From Polyangia bacterium (lineage in GTDB: Bacteria > Myxococcota_A > Polyangia > JAAYKL01): a DNA stretch of 58,211 bases. Shown piece after piece: positions 20,428 through 30,334 of this stretch. The position numbers and the translations under genes were made by a program. The stretch spans positions 1 to 58,211 of the forward strand of contig JBNKCR010000006.1 of the NCBI GenBank assembly GCA_050287845.1, in the 5' to 3' direction. Positions within the stretch are counted from its first letter, which is position 1; the number at the start of each line of letters is the position of its first letter. The notes beneath the pieces are model-generated. The model saw only the letters and a list, made by a program, of their open reading frames with translations, was not told the origin of the DNA and ran no database searches.

Positions 20428-21168
20428 ATGAAACCATCCCGATTACTAACAGAATTTCTTGATTTTATTTTTGTTCCCCGCTGCCTGGCCTGCGGGCAGA
20501 TGCTGATCAGGCCATCCCATGTCAGTGGGATTCACCGCTGTTTCTGTGAAATCTGCACCAACGCCGTTTTACCCCTGGAACCATCGCACTGCCCGCGATG
20601 CGCCGAACCCTTCAGCGCCAGTACCCGAACTCACCTGTGCGGTACCTGCCTCTCTCATCCGCCGCCGTTTCAGGCCATTCACACGGGATTTGAATACGGG
20701 GGTCCCCTGGCACAGGCCATCGCCAGATACAAATATCAGCCGGCGCCCTTCATGGCCCGGGAACTCGCCGGCCTGTTGCCAACGCCCCCGGTGAATGCCG
20801 TGGACCTTGTGATGCCGGTGCCCCTGCATCCGAAGAAACTGACGCAACGGGGTTTCAATCAATCCGCATTGCTGGCCCGCTTCCTTTCCCGCAAAATGCA
20901 GCGCCCCTGCGACTTCAGCGCTCTGCGGCGAACCCGGCATGGGGATGCGCAGGTGGGCAAGAGCAAACAGGAACGCATCCGCAACATGAAAACCGCATTT
21001 CATGTGCCGGACAGACGCCATGACATCGCGGGCCGCCATATTCTTCTGGTGGATGATGTGGTCACTACCACCGCCACCGTTCGTGCCGCCGCCAACGCAC
21101 TGAAAATTCAAGGGAAAGCTGCGAGTGTCCAGGTGGTCTGTCTCGGTCGGTCCGCCTCCCGGAGATAA
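20428..21168 (+). CDS. comF: ComF family protein (double zinc ribbon plus PRTase)
   Basis: CLAC, CEIC, CPRC, CGTC; PVPLH, RGFNQS, LLVDDVVTTTAT. Confidence 0.92.
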   Translation: MKPSRLLTEFLDFIFVPRCLACGQMLIRPSHVSGIHRCFCEICTNAVLPLEPSHCPRCAEPFSASTRTHLCGTCLSHPPPFQAIHTGFEYGGPLAQAIARYKYQPAPFMARELAGLLPTPPVNAVDLVMPVPLHPKKLTQRGFNQSALLARFLSRKMQRPCDFSALRRTRHGDAQVGKSKQERIRNMKTAFHVPDRRHDIAGRHILLVDDVVTTTATVRAAANALKIQGKAASVQVVCLGRSASRR

Positions 21169-21344
21169 GGTTCGGTCCACCGTTTCACCATCCCCCTCCC
21201 GTGGCGCCTTCTGCCGGTTCGTTGAACCGTATCTTTTCTTGTGTCCATTTCACCGCTGGGCTATGAGTAATGAACCGAACGAATCGGGAAAAAGGGACAA
21301 ATCACCCCATCATTGCAGATGGGTTTTTCAGGTTGGAACCAGGT

Positions 21345-21764
21345 ATGAGACAGGCAGCAACGGAAATCAGAGTCAGCACCCGGGGACAGGGACTGCACAA
21401 CATCACATCGCAAGTTTCAGGCTGGGTGAAGGAACAGGGGTTTCACACCGGTCTGCTGACGGTATTTATTACCCATACATCGGCGTCCCTCACCATTCAG
21501 GAGAACGCCGATCCCGATGTGTGTCTGGATTTGACCGATTTTTTCATGAAACTCGCGCCGCGCAGTCACACCGCCTATCGCCATTCGGCCGAAGGCCTCG
21601 ATGACATGCCCGCGCATATTAAAACGGCTCTCACCGACGTGCAGATTTCGATTCCGCTCATCAATCAGCGGTTGTCGCTGGGTACCTGGCAGGGGCTGTA
21701 TGTGTTTGAGCATCGGGACCGCCCGCACACCCGGCGGGTGGCGCTGCATTTAATTGGGGAATAA
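21345..21764 (+). CDS. yjbQ: YjbQ family (secondary thiamine-phosphate synthase)
   Basis: HTSASLTIQENADPDV, HSAEGLDDMPAHIK, LGTWQGLY. Confidence 0.93.
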   Translation: MRQAATEIRVSTRGQGLHNITSQVSGWVKEQGFHTGLLTVFITHTSASLTIQENADPDVCLDLTDFFMKLAPRSHTAYRHSAEGLDDMPAHIKTALTDVQISIPLINQRLSLGTWQGLYVFEHRDRPHTRRVALHLIGE

Positions 21765-21823
21765 TCCAGAAATTTCTGATGCCGGATGGGACAGATACCA
21801 CGCCAGAAAAGGGAGAACAGACA

Positions 21824-22822
21824 ATGAGCAAGTATGCCAGGGAACGGGAAACTGCCATCAGAGCCATCGCGGACGCCGCGATTATCTGTAAAAAGGTTCA
21901 GGCTGAAATCATCCCGGATGTATTGGAAAAGAAAGACAAAAGTCCGGTTACCGTAGCGGATTTCGGCAGTCAGGCACTGGTATGCCGGGAGCTGGGCATC
22001 GCATTTCCGGACGATCCGGTCATCGGCGAAGAGGATTCCCGGGAATTGCGACTGCCGGAAAGCGCGGCCCTGCTTCAGCGGCTGCTCACCATTGTTCAGA
22101 CGGTACTCCCATCGGCCAGTGCGGACGAAGTGCTCGGCTGGATTGACCGGGGCGGGCAGGACACCTATTGCGAAAGGTTCTGGACCCTGGATCCCATCGA
22201 CGGCACCAAGGGGTTTCTCCGCAGAGAGCAGTACGCCATCTCCCTTGCGCTCATTGAAAAGGGCGAAATTGTTGTGGGCGCATTGTGTTGCCCCAACCTC
22301 ACCGCCTATGACGGTTCGGACGGCGCCATCTTCGTGGCCGTGAAAGGCGAAGGCAGCGTGGAACTGCCCCTCCTGGCCGCTGCGCAGGGCAAATCCGCTG
22401 AAAAATCCATCTCCGTCAGCGCCGAGACCGATGCTGCCCGCATCCGCACCTGCGAGTCAGTGGAAAAGGCCCATTCCTCCCACAGCGATGCAGCCCGCAT
22501 CGCCACCCGGCTGGGCATCACCGCCAACCCGCTGCGCATCGATTCCCAGGCCAAATACGCGGCCGTGGCCCGGGGGGATGCCGAGGCATACCTTCGCCTT
22601 CCCAGGGACGGCAAGTACCGGGAGAAAGTATGGGATCACGCCGGGGGAGTGCTCGTTGTTGAAGAAGCCGGCGGCAAAGTCTCGGACATTCGGGGCCGCG
22701 CACTGGATTTCACCCACGGCAAGACCCTGGCCCACAACATCGGTGTCATTGTGACCAACAGAATTTTTCATGACGCCATCATCGCAACCGTCGAAGAACT
22801 GAAAATCGGTCAGTTCAACTGA
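21824..22822 (+). CDS. 3'(2'),5'-bisphosphate nucleotidase, HAL2 family
   Basis: KKDKSPVTVADFGSQA, GEED, WTLDPIDGTKGF, DSQAKY, EKVWDHAGG; GGGAG RBS before ATG 21824. Confidence 0.92.
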   Translation: MSKYARERETAIRAIADAAIICKKVQAEIIPDVLEKKDKSPVTVADFGSQALVCRELGIAFPDDPVIGEEDSRELRLPESAALLQRLLTIVQTVLPSASADEVLGWIDRGGQDTYCERFWTLDPIDGTKGFLRREQYAISLALIEKGEIVVGALCCPNLTAYDGSDGAIFVAVKGEGSVELPLLAAAQGKSAEKSISVSAETDAARIRTCESVEKAHSSHSDAARIATRLGITANPLRIDSQAKYAAVARGDAEAYLRLPRDGKYREKVWDHAGGVLVVEEAGGKVSDIRGRALDFTHGKTLAHNIGVIVTNRIFHDAIIATVEELKIGQFN

Positions 22823-22837
22823 CCCGGGAGACTCGTA

Positions 22838-25800
22838 TTGTCGGATTGGGATTACCAGGGAAAAAGCATTGGTCGTTACACCATCCTCGGAAAACTGGGG
22901 GCCGGTGGCATGGCCGAAGTGTTTCTGGCCCGGTCCAAGGGCGCCGGCGGTATTGACAAAACGCTGGTCCTCAAAAAGATTCACCCCATTCTGGCCAGGA
23001 ACAAGCGCTTCATCGACATGTTCATGGAGGAGGCGCGGGTGGCCATGCGTCTCAATCATTCCAACATCGTGCAGGTGTACGCGTTCGAGCAGATTGACGA
23101 CGATTTTGTACTGGCCATGGAACATGTGGATGGCAGCGACCTGCTCGATATTCAGACCCTGGCCTTCAGACAGGGGCACCGCATCCCATACGGCCTCTGC
23201 GCATACATCCTGGCTGAAATCGCCAAGGGGCTGGATTACGCCCACTCCCGAAAAGACGACAGCGGCGAATCCATGGGGCTGGTCCACCGGGATGTGTCCC
23301 CCCAGAACGTGCTGATTTCCCGGGATGGCGCGGTGAAAGTCACCGACTTCGGCATTGTGAAAGCCCGCTCGGTAGACGAAAATGAAGGGGAGGTGAAAGG
23401 CAAGCTCGGCTACATGTCGCCCCAGCAGGCCCTGGGGTTGCCGGTCGACCGACGGGCGGACATCTTTTCGCTGGGGGTGGTCCTTCACGAAATGCTCGTG
23501 GGCGCCACCAGCCCGGTGCCCAAACTTGGAGAAGTCGTACAGCTCACCGCCCCCATTGAAATTGACCCGGAGACGCCCCGCCCGTTGAACGACATCACCG
23601 TGCGCGCGTTGTCCTACAATCCCGAAGACCGATTTCAGACGGCCCGGGAAATGGCCATCGAGTTGCACAATTACCTCAAGGAAGACCCGCAAATCTACGA
23701 TGCCACCACCCTGGAAGAATGGATTTCCCGGACCATTCCATCGGACCTGCTGGTCAAAGTAAGGGTGGAGGAAAATCTGGAATCTCTTTCCGATGCGCGC
23801 ACCAGCATTTATCAGGACCAGACATTGATGCTGCGCGGCATCGGTGAATTCGAGCACCAGGCGGTAGTGATGGTGTCGGTGCGGCTGCAGAAAGTGGCCA
23901 CCCTGCCGTCGGATGCGCTGCAACGGGAATTCAACCGACTCGCAGAAGAAATCGCATACAAGAACGGGGCTATCTGCCAGATCAGCGATATGATGACCCG
24001 CATTTTTCTGGGCCTTCCCCGCAGCCATTTTGAAGACTCCATCAGCGCCATTCGCCTGGCCCACGACCTGCTCGATGTGGTACGCACACTTTCCATCGAT
24101 CACAAACTCGACGTGATGGCGCAGATTTGTGTGAACCGGGGCGACGTGAAGGTCGGTAAGTCCGTCACCGATTTACCGGTGGTCTTTGAAGCCACCGACG
24201 AATTGCTCGAAACATCTTCGATGCTGCTTGAAGCATGTGATCCCGACAGCATTCTCGCGGGGGTGGGAGTATTTCAGATAGCCCGCACCGACTACCACTT
24301 CGCAGACCCGGTGGCCATCGCCTCCCGGTATGACGAAAGCAGCGGGGACTCCATCGATATTTTCGGATATCCGGTGGAGGGGGTGAAAAGCCGGAAGGAG
24401 CGGATTCTCAGCCGGAAAGAAGACGCCGTCCGGTTTGTGGGACGCAAGCATGAACTGCTGAGACTGCGGGAGGCATTCAGCCTTTCCATGAAAAAGAAAC
24501 CGGTGATTCTCAAACTGACCGGTGAACTGGGGCTGGGCAAATCGTGTCTGCTCCGGGAATTTGCCGAGGTGGCCACCAGCCTGAACGCCGAGGTGGTGCT
24601 GGCGGAGTGTCTTTTCGCCGAGCGCGATACCCCCATTGCCGCTGCGGTGGCCGTCATCGGCGAATTGCTGGAACTCGGTGGCGGCGTCTCCACCAGAGAA
24701 GAAATCCACAACTCGCTCGCCCGGCTGATTGATGGCGCCCCCAATTATCTGGCCCGACAACAGAACTTTTTCGGCGAACTGTTGCTCTCGCCGGAGGCAG
24801 TGTGGGATTCCTACAGCTACAACCGACGGGAACTCATTCGAAAAACTGCCTTCGGTCTGGGCGTGCTGCTCTCTCAGCGGGCATCCCGGAAGGGGCTGGT
24901 GCTCATTGTGGACAACGCCCAGTGGCTGGACGGCGCCAGCGTGGACGTGCTGTCGGAGCTGGCCCAGAACATCCTGCCGGTGCCCATTTTTGTCATCCTG
25001 GCCGGCCAGCCCCATACCATGGAATACCGGCGCATTGACAACCTGATGATGATGGAGCTCTCCGAGCTGAACAACGAATTCATGAAACAGCTGATTGTTT
25101 CGAAACTCGGAAACAGCGAAGACGTGCAGGAAATTGCCAACCAAATCCTGGAGCGGGCCCATGGCAATCCGTTCTTTGCCACCGAAATCATCGATTCGCT
25201 GATTCAGCGGGGGATCATCAAACAACTGGGCATTTCCCAAAAGGGGCAACCCATATTCGTCCAGACCCGTCCCGGTGTGATTCACCTGCCCACCACCGTC
25301 AAGGGCATTGCGGATTCCAGAATCAACTCCCTTTCACCGGCCGGCAGAACCGTACTGCGGGCGGCGTCGGTCATCGGAGCGGAGTTCACCGCCGATGAAC
25401 TGCATCAGCTCATCGGTCACGAAGTTCATCCCGAAATCACCGAACTCAGCGAAAAAGCGTTTCTGGTGGCCCGGCAGGATGCCCACCGGGACATCTACTA
25501 CAACTTCACCCGCAGCATCGAAAGAGAAGCGGCCTACGACGGCCTGTCCCAGGTAGACCGCCGGCAACTGCACCAGAAAATGGCGCGAAAGCTGATGCGG
25601 GTCGTCGACAGCGGCAAGTCCATTCCGCCGGTGCGCATTGCGTGGCACCTCGATAAAAGCGGTCAGGCGGATCTTGCGGCCCAGTATTATCTGCAGGCCG
25701 GGGACGCTGCCATGAGCGTGTACTCCAACCGGCGGGCCCTGCGGCTGTACGATCGCGCCCTGGCTCTCATTCCCCTGGGCGAACGGGCCCGGTATGACCT

Positions 25801-27064
25801 GCTTCTGCGCAAGGAACGGGTAATTCGCGATATCGGTCTCCACGAGATTCACCTGGACACCATCCGCGAAATGGAAGATCTGGGCAACCGGTTTGAAGAC
25901 ACACTGATGCGGGCCACCGTCGCCTACCGGTGGTCGCGATACGAATTCGGTGAGGGCAATTTCAAAGCGTCGGCACAGAAACTGGGAGAAGCCATCCGGC
26001 TGGCCGAAAAAACCGGCGACACCGTACTGAAGGTCGACATTCTGCGGGCGCTGGCATACCTGGCCATTGAAGAGGGAGAACTCGAAAGCGCCATGGAATG
26101 CTGCAACTGGGCGTTGCGCCTGGTGGACAGCTCTACGGATGCCTTTTTTCTCAAAGCCCGCATCCTGGGACTCAAAGGCCTGGTTCTCATGGAGATGGGC
26201 CGGGTCAACGAAGCCGCATGGCCGCTGGTCTACGCGATGACCAGTTTTCGCAAACTGGGCGACCGCCGCAACGAATCGGTACAACTGGCCAATCTGGCGC
26301 TGCTCGCCCAGGCGCGGGGGTACCTCATCGAATCCCTCGGCTTCATCGAGCATGCCCTGCAGCTGGACAGCGAAATCCGGGATGTGAGTCAGCGGGGCCG
26401 GAAATCAGTGGGCTGTGCCAATGTGCGCGTGGAGCTTGGACAGTTTGAAAAGGGCGAAGAACTGCTCGAAGAAGCCCTTCGCGTCTGCCGCGAGAACTTC
26501 GAACCCATGGGGGAACTGGAGGCCAAGCTGGGACTGGCCGAACTGATGATTCAGAAAGGCGAATCCCAGTCCGCCCGGGATCTGCTGCTGGAGCTGCAGA
26601 GTGTGCGCTACCTCTACCACAGCGCCATTTCCAGAGTACGACACAATCGCATGCTCTGCGAAGCGTGCATTGAAAGCGGAGACACCGAAAGAGCCGTGTC
26701 CGCCGGCCTCGGCATGTTTGAAGTGGCCATGGAATCGGGCATGCGCGCTGAAGTGGTTCACGGCGTCGCCTTCTACAGTCTGGCGCTGGCCCTCCACGGC
26801 GATGTGGAAAAAGCAGAAGAAATCGCCAGCGCCTTTCCCAATCTGATTGAAGAAAGCGGCCTCATCCGACACCGGGAAAAAGCCTGGTGGCTCTATGCGC
26901 GAACCCTGATGGAACTGGGCAAAATGAACGGCGCCAACGCCGCCCTCGAAAACGCCCGCATCGAAGTCATGCGTAAAATCAGCTACTTCGACAACCAGAA
27001 ACACGTCACCCAATACCGCCGCCACCCCCTCATCCGCAGCATCCTGCAAAAGAAACTGCCGTAA
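22838..27064 (+). CDS. Ser/Thr kinase - degenerate cyclase-like - AAA/STAND ATPase - TPR protein
   Basis: LGAGGMAEV, HRDVSPQN, DFG; central cyclase-like segment; FVGRKHEL, Walker A GELGLGKS, Walker B VDNAQWLD, GNPFF; helical TPR-like C-terminus. Confidence 0.9.
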   Translation: MSDWDYQGKSIGRYTILGKLGAGGMAEVFLARSKGAGGIDKTLVLKKIHPILARNKRFIDMFMEEARVAMRLNHSNIVQVYAFEQIDDDFVLAMEHVDGSDLLDIQTLAFRQGHRIPYGLCAYILAEIAKGLDYAHSRKDDSGESMGLVHRDVSPQNVLISRDGAVKVTDFGIVKARSVDENEGEVKGKLGYMSPQQALGLPVDRRADIFSLGVVLHEMLVGATSPVPKLGEVVQLTAPIEIDPETPRPLNDITVRALSYNPEDRFQTAREMAIELHNYLKEDPQIYDATTLEEWISRTIPSDLLVKVRVEENLESLSDARTSIYQDQTLMLRGIGEFEHQAVVMVSVRLQKVATLPSDALQREFNRLAEEIAYKNGAICQISDMMTRIFLGLPRSHFEDSISAIRLAHDLLDVVRTLSIDHKLDVMAQICVNRGDVKVGKSVTDLPVVFEATDELLETSSMLLEACDPDSILAGVGVFQIARTDYHFADPVAIASRYDESSGDSIDIFGYPVEGVKSRKERILSRKEDAVRFVGRKHELLRLREAFSLSMKKKPVILKLTGELGLGKSCLLREFAEVATSLNAEVVLAECLFAERDTPIAAAVAVIGELLELGGGVSTREEIHNSLARLIDGAPNYLARQQNFFGELLLSPEAVWDSYSYNRRELIRKTAFGLGVLLSQRASRKGLVLIVDNAQWLDGASVDVLSELAQNILPVPIFVILAGQPHTMEYRRIDNLMMMELSELNNEFMKQLIVSKLGNSEDVQEIANQILERAHGNPFFATEIIDSLIQRGIIKQLGISQKGQPIFVQTRPGVIHLPTTVKGIADSRINSLSPAGRTVLRAASVIGAEFTADELHQLIGHEVHPEITELSEKAFLVARQDAHRDIYYNFTRSIEREAAYDGLSQVDRRQLHQKMARKLMRVVDSGKSIPPVRIAWHLDKSGQADLAAQYYLQAGDAAMSVYSNRRALRLYDRALALIPLGERARYDLLLRKERVIRDIGLHEIHLDTIREMEDLGNRFEDTLMRATVAYRWSRYEFGEGNFKASAQKLGEAIRLAEKTGDTVLKVDILRALAYLAIEEGELESAMECCNWALRLVDSSTDAFFLKARILGLKGLVLMEMGRVNEAAWPLVYAMTSFRKLGDRRNESVQLANLALLAQARGYLIESLGFIEHALQLDSEIRDVSQRGRKSVGCANVRVELGQFEKGEELLEEALRVCRENFEPMGELEAKLGLAELMIQKGESQSARDLLLELQSVRYLYHSAISRVRHNRMLCEACIESGDTERAVSAGLGMFEVAMESGMRAEVVHGVAFYSLALALHGDVEKAEEIASAFPNLIEESGLIRHREKAWWLYARTLMELGKMNGANAALENARIEVMRKISYFDNQKHVTQYRRHPLIRSILQKKLP

Positions 27065-27150
27065 CGCCAGGGGATATCAGAATTGCGAGTGCATTCCCTG
27101 GTGCTACCATTTCGGTAGATTCCGTACGGCGTTTCGCGAAACGCCCCTAC
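27061..27150. repeat. REP-like palindromes of the GTAG family
   Basis: Perfect 18-bp palindrome GGCGTTTCGCGAAACGCC (27128-27145) followed by CCTAC (GTAGG on the minus strand); imperfect inverted pair GTAACGCCAGGG (27061-27072) / CCCTGGTGCTAC (27096-27107). Confidence 0.65.
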
Positions 27151-27391
27151 TTTTCGATGGCCCCCGCCTTCGTCAGCGCTTCTGCGCAACAAAGCAACAC
27201 TACACAACTCTGTAGAATACATCAATTATTGATGTTGTTGATTTTTCCTGAAAAGGTAATAAATTCAATGCCTTAATCTACAATATCAAAATGCGTAATA
27301 AAATATTGCACCCGGCTGCACTTTTTCGGTATCCTATGCATATGACCGTGACAGGGGGGCTGTCTGATCCATTTTCAGGGAGAGTGCCAGT

Positions 27392-28402
27392 ATGAATTCC
27401 AACGGGAATCCAAACATGAATCAGGAACCCAACGACAAATATCAAATCGCATTTGATGACATTTGTCAAATCTACGAATCCACCGTGCGGCAGGCAGAGC
27501 TTCAGCATATGCATGAACGGGCCGATTCCCACTATCAGATGGGGGTGCGCATCGCCGCCATTCTGGACCCCATGGAGCAGGATGGCCGATATGGCAAGCG
27601 TCTGATACCGGAGCTCTGCAAACAATTGAAACAGAAGTACCCCGAGGCGCCCGGCACCCGGATGATTCAGTACATGCGCAAATTCCCCCGGGTGTACCGC
27701 CCGGACCAGATACACCCGGAGCTCAGCTGGAGTCACTATTGTGTGCTGCTCAGTATCGAAGACGACCAATTGCGCCGCACCATCGAACAGCAGGCCATCG
27801 ACGAAAAGCTCAGCCGTTTCGCCCTGCGGCAACTGGCATCCATGGTTTCTCAGAAACGTTCTTCGAAACAACCCTTTCCCCTTACCCCCCGGGCCGGACG
27901 CATCAACGTTGCCCGCATCGTATTCACCGAAGCGTCCGATACACCGGTTCTCGATGTGGGATTCGGCGTCGAAGTCTCCCCCTCCGGCGTCGCAATACGC
28001 AAACTGAAACAACTCCCTCCGGGCGCCTTTGTGCAGCGCACCAGCGACAACCGCTTCCAGCCCATCGCCTGTGAACCCGGGGAGCGCTACTGTTACCGCG
28101 GCGCACCCGTGGACATCATCGACGGCGACACCGTCAAATGCAGACTCCAACTCACCCCGGACATCAGCATCGTCGAACGGCTTCGCCTGCGGGGCGTCGA
28201 CGCCATGGAAATCGACACCAGCGACGGCCAGCGGGCCAAACGCGCCCTCCAGCGCATACTCAAAGACCAGACCCAACTCACCGTCTACACCTATCACCAC
28301 GACCGCTACGGCCGCTACATCGCCGACCTCATCACCAAAAACGGCACCTACATCAACCGCCAACTCGTCGAAAAAGGCCACGCCCGATTCCTGAAGATGT
28401 AA
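27392..28402 (+). CDS. DUF1016/YhcG N-terminal domain fused to a thermonuclease (SNase) domain
   Basis: YhcG-N: YGKRLIPELCKQL...MRKF...LSWSHY.VLLSI; SNase: IIDGDTV, RLRLRGVDAME, DRYGRYIADL, INRQLVEKGHA. Confidence 0.8.
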   Translation: MNSNGNPNMNQEPNDKYQIAFDDICQIYESTVRQAELQHMHERADSHYQMGVRIAAILDPMEQDGRYGKRLIPELCKQLKQKYPEAPGTRMIQYMRKFPRVYRPDQIHPELSWSHYCVLLSIEDDQLRRTIEQQAIDEKLSRFALRQLASMVSQKRSSKQPFPLTPRAGRINVARIVFTEASDTPVLDVGFGVEVSPSGVAIRKLKQLPPGAFVQRTSDNRFQPIACEPGERYCYRGAPVDIIDGDTVKCRLQLTPDISIVERLRLRGVDAMEIDTSDGQRAKRALQRILKDQTQLTVYTYHHDRYGRYIADLITKNGTYINRQLVEKGHARFLKM

Positions 28403-28690
28403 CTCCCGGTGAATTAAAGGTCGAAGATCGCGCCCACTCTGGTGCAACCATTCCAGCGCTTGATCGTTCTATTGAGTAAGCGACCGCGCATTATTCAGGC
28501 GGTGACGTGTTGAAACGTCTCGCGGGCGTTCAATTTAACAGGAATTCATCCAGCAATGCTGATTTGCGCTGGGCTGACTTTATTGGCTCAGGGAAGAGAT
28601 GTCTGTCTTGCCCACCGGAATACGGGCGCCAACGAGTCATCAGTACAATTTAAAACAATTGATTTTTTATTTACGAGAAGGAGAGAAAAA

Positions 28691-29365
28691 ATGAAATGGT
28701 TAACAGGTATGGTGTTTATTATTTTGGCGATGTACTCAATGTCTGCAGCCGCAACGGAGCCGTTGATCATTGACGGGTTTGACGACGGAAACAACGTGTC
28801 CGAGGAAGGCGGCTGGTGGTATGTGTACAACGATGCGCGAACGGGGGGCAACACGCAAGTGACCCCGCTGGGCACATTAACGCCAACGCAAACCAATGGG
28901 TCGCAGGGGTATGCCGCCCATGTTGAAGGGACCGCCGGCAATCAGCTGGGCTGGGACTATTTTGGTTTTGGGGTGACGCTGACGGCGACCTCGGGCTGCC
29001 CCAATCAGGTAAAGGTGGATATTCGCCAGTACACCACCCTTGAATTTAAAATGAAAGGCGATGCCTCCGGAGGGCGCCTCACGGTCAGTCTACCGTACAC
29101 GGGCGGTTCCTGTGAAGGAGACATCCCCGAAACCCTCACGGGCTGGGCAGACTACGAGGCGAGTGTGACCGCTGATTTAACCGGCGAATGGCAGACGGTT
29201 CGGTTGAATCTGCGCAATGATTTTACACAGCCGTTTTGGGCAAAACCAGAAGATAAAGTATCGATAGAAGACGTGCTGCAAAACGCCAGCCAGCTGCAAT
29301 GGCACTTTTCCAGCGCCGATGGGGATACTCTCAGTGTATGGATCGACGACATTAAATTGTATTAA
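28691..29365 (+). CDS. Secreted carbohydrate-binding (CBM11/CIA30-like) protein
   Basis: Signal peptide MKWLTG...AAA; LIIDGFDDGN, GWWYVYND, DIRQYTTLEFKMKG, EWQTVRL, VWIDDIKLY; AAGGAG RBS. Confidence 0.75.
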   Translation: MKWLTGMVFIILAMYSMSAAATEPLIIDGFDDGNNVSEEGGWWYVYNDARTGGNTQVTPLGTLTPTQTNGSQGYAAHVEGTAGNQLGWDYFGFGVTLTATSGCPNQVKVDIRQYTTLEFKMKGDASGGRLTVSLPYTGGSCEGDIPETLTGWADYEASVTADLTGEWQTVRLNLRNDFTQPFWAKPEDKVSIEDVLQNASQLQWHFSSADGDTLSVWIDDIKLY

Positions 29366-29429
29366 AACTGCACCGCTGCAGTTCCACTGCGTGTTGATTG
29401 ACGAGACGTTCAATAGAAAAACAAATACC

Positions 29430-29920
29430 CTTCATCAAACGCTCGGAGTGACGTCATCAAACGCTCGGAGTGATTTTTCGAGGTCGAAGATCGCGCCTTC
29501 ATCAAACGCTCGGAGTGATTTTCGAGGTCGAAGATCGCGCACTTCATCAAACGCTCGGAGTGATTTTCGAGGTCGAAGATCGCGCCATAGCCAAAGCACC
29601 GGCAACACTTCATCAAACGCTCGGAGTGATTTTCGAGGTCGAAGATCGCGCCATAGCCAAAGCACCGGCAACCGGTTACCGGACCATTCATGAAGAAACT
29701 TTGCAATGCATCACAAACGACTCGGAGTGATTTTTCGAGGGGAGAACCGGACAGCATCCCCTGCCAGTGACAGTCCGGCCGAGCTGAGCCGATCCGAGCC
29801 TATCCTGACCGCGCCCCTCGTGTGCGCGGCTGCCCGGACAGTGTCCCCTTGCGAGTGACAGTCAGGCCGAGCCCCATCATAAACGCCCCATCACAAACGA
29901 CTCGGAGTGATTTTTCGGGA
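29430..29920 (+). repeat. Cluster of CATCAAACG-CTCGGAGTGATTTT motif repeats (7 copies)
   Basis: CTCGGAGTGA at 29442, 29464, 29509, 29554, 29620, 29721, 29901; four copies are followed by TTTTCGAGGTCGAAGATCGCGC; spacing irregular. Confidence 0.92.
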
Positions 29921-29999
29921 AGAACAAATGGAGACGAAGCAACAATTGGTAGCGGGCAGGCCTCCTGACCCGACCTCCTCAACAGAATGCAGAAAGGGA

Positions 30000-30221
30000 T
30001 TATCCGAGGGTCCAAATCTGTCGGCCGCTCTTGAGGTGTTTCTTTTGAATATTCACATTGTCCGCGCCTTCGGTTTCAGCAATTTCGATGAGTTCCGCAA
30101 TGTCAGCCTCACTGCCATCGCAAAACCCAATGGGCCGTGGGTTGCCCGGCATGCAGAGTTGGACGGCGAAGTCACCCCGATCCCAGCGCGTTTGTGTTTC
30201 GTTACTGTACGGATAAATCAT
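30000..30221 (-). CDS. Small hypothetical protein (73 aa)
   Basis: MIYPYSNETQTRWDRGDFAVQLCMPGNPRPIGFCDG...; GGAG RBS upstream of ATG 30221; protein-like composition. Confidence 0.65.
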   Translation of the reverse strand: MIYPYSNETQTRWDRGDFAVQLCMPGNPRPIGFCDGSEADIAELIEIAETEGADNVNIQKKHLKSGRQIWTLG

Positions 30222-30334
30222 GACACTCCGTACCATACTTCATCTCGTTTTCCCCGAACAAATGACATGAGCCGGACGAATTTTCACCCCACCAATCGGG
30301 TCTGCATCGCACAAACAGAATGCTGCTGTCCAAA

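Noticed and set aside
22457..24103. 548-aa minus-strand ORF
   Set aside because: Antisense shadow of the nucleotidase and kinase genes, with no motifs of its own
27278..28447. 389-aa minus-strand ORF
   Set aside because: Antisense shadow of the DUF1016-SNase gene, which has clear motifs
29319..29757. ORFs in several frames across the repeat cluster
   Set aside because: Open frames arise from stop-poor repeats; the peptides are repetitive with no family features
29430..29920. CRISPR array
   Set aside because: Spacing is irregular (22-180 bp), the intervening sequences are largely copies of each other rather than unique spacers, and no cas genes are in the window
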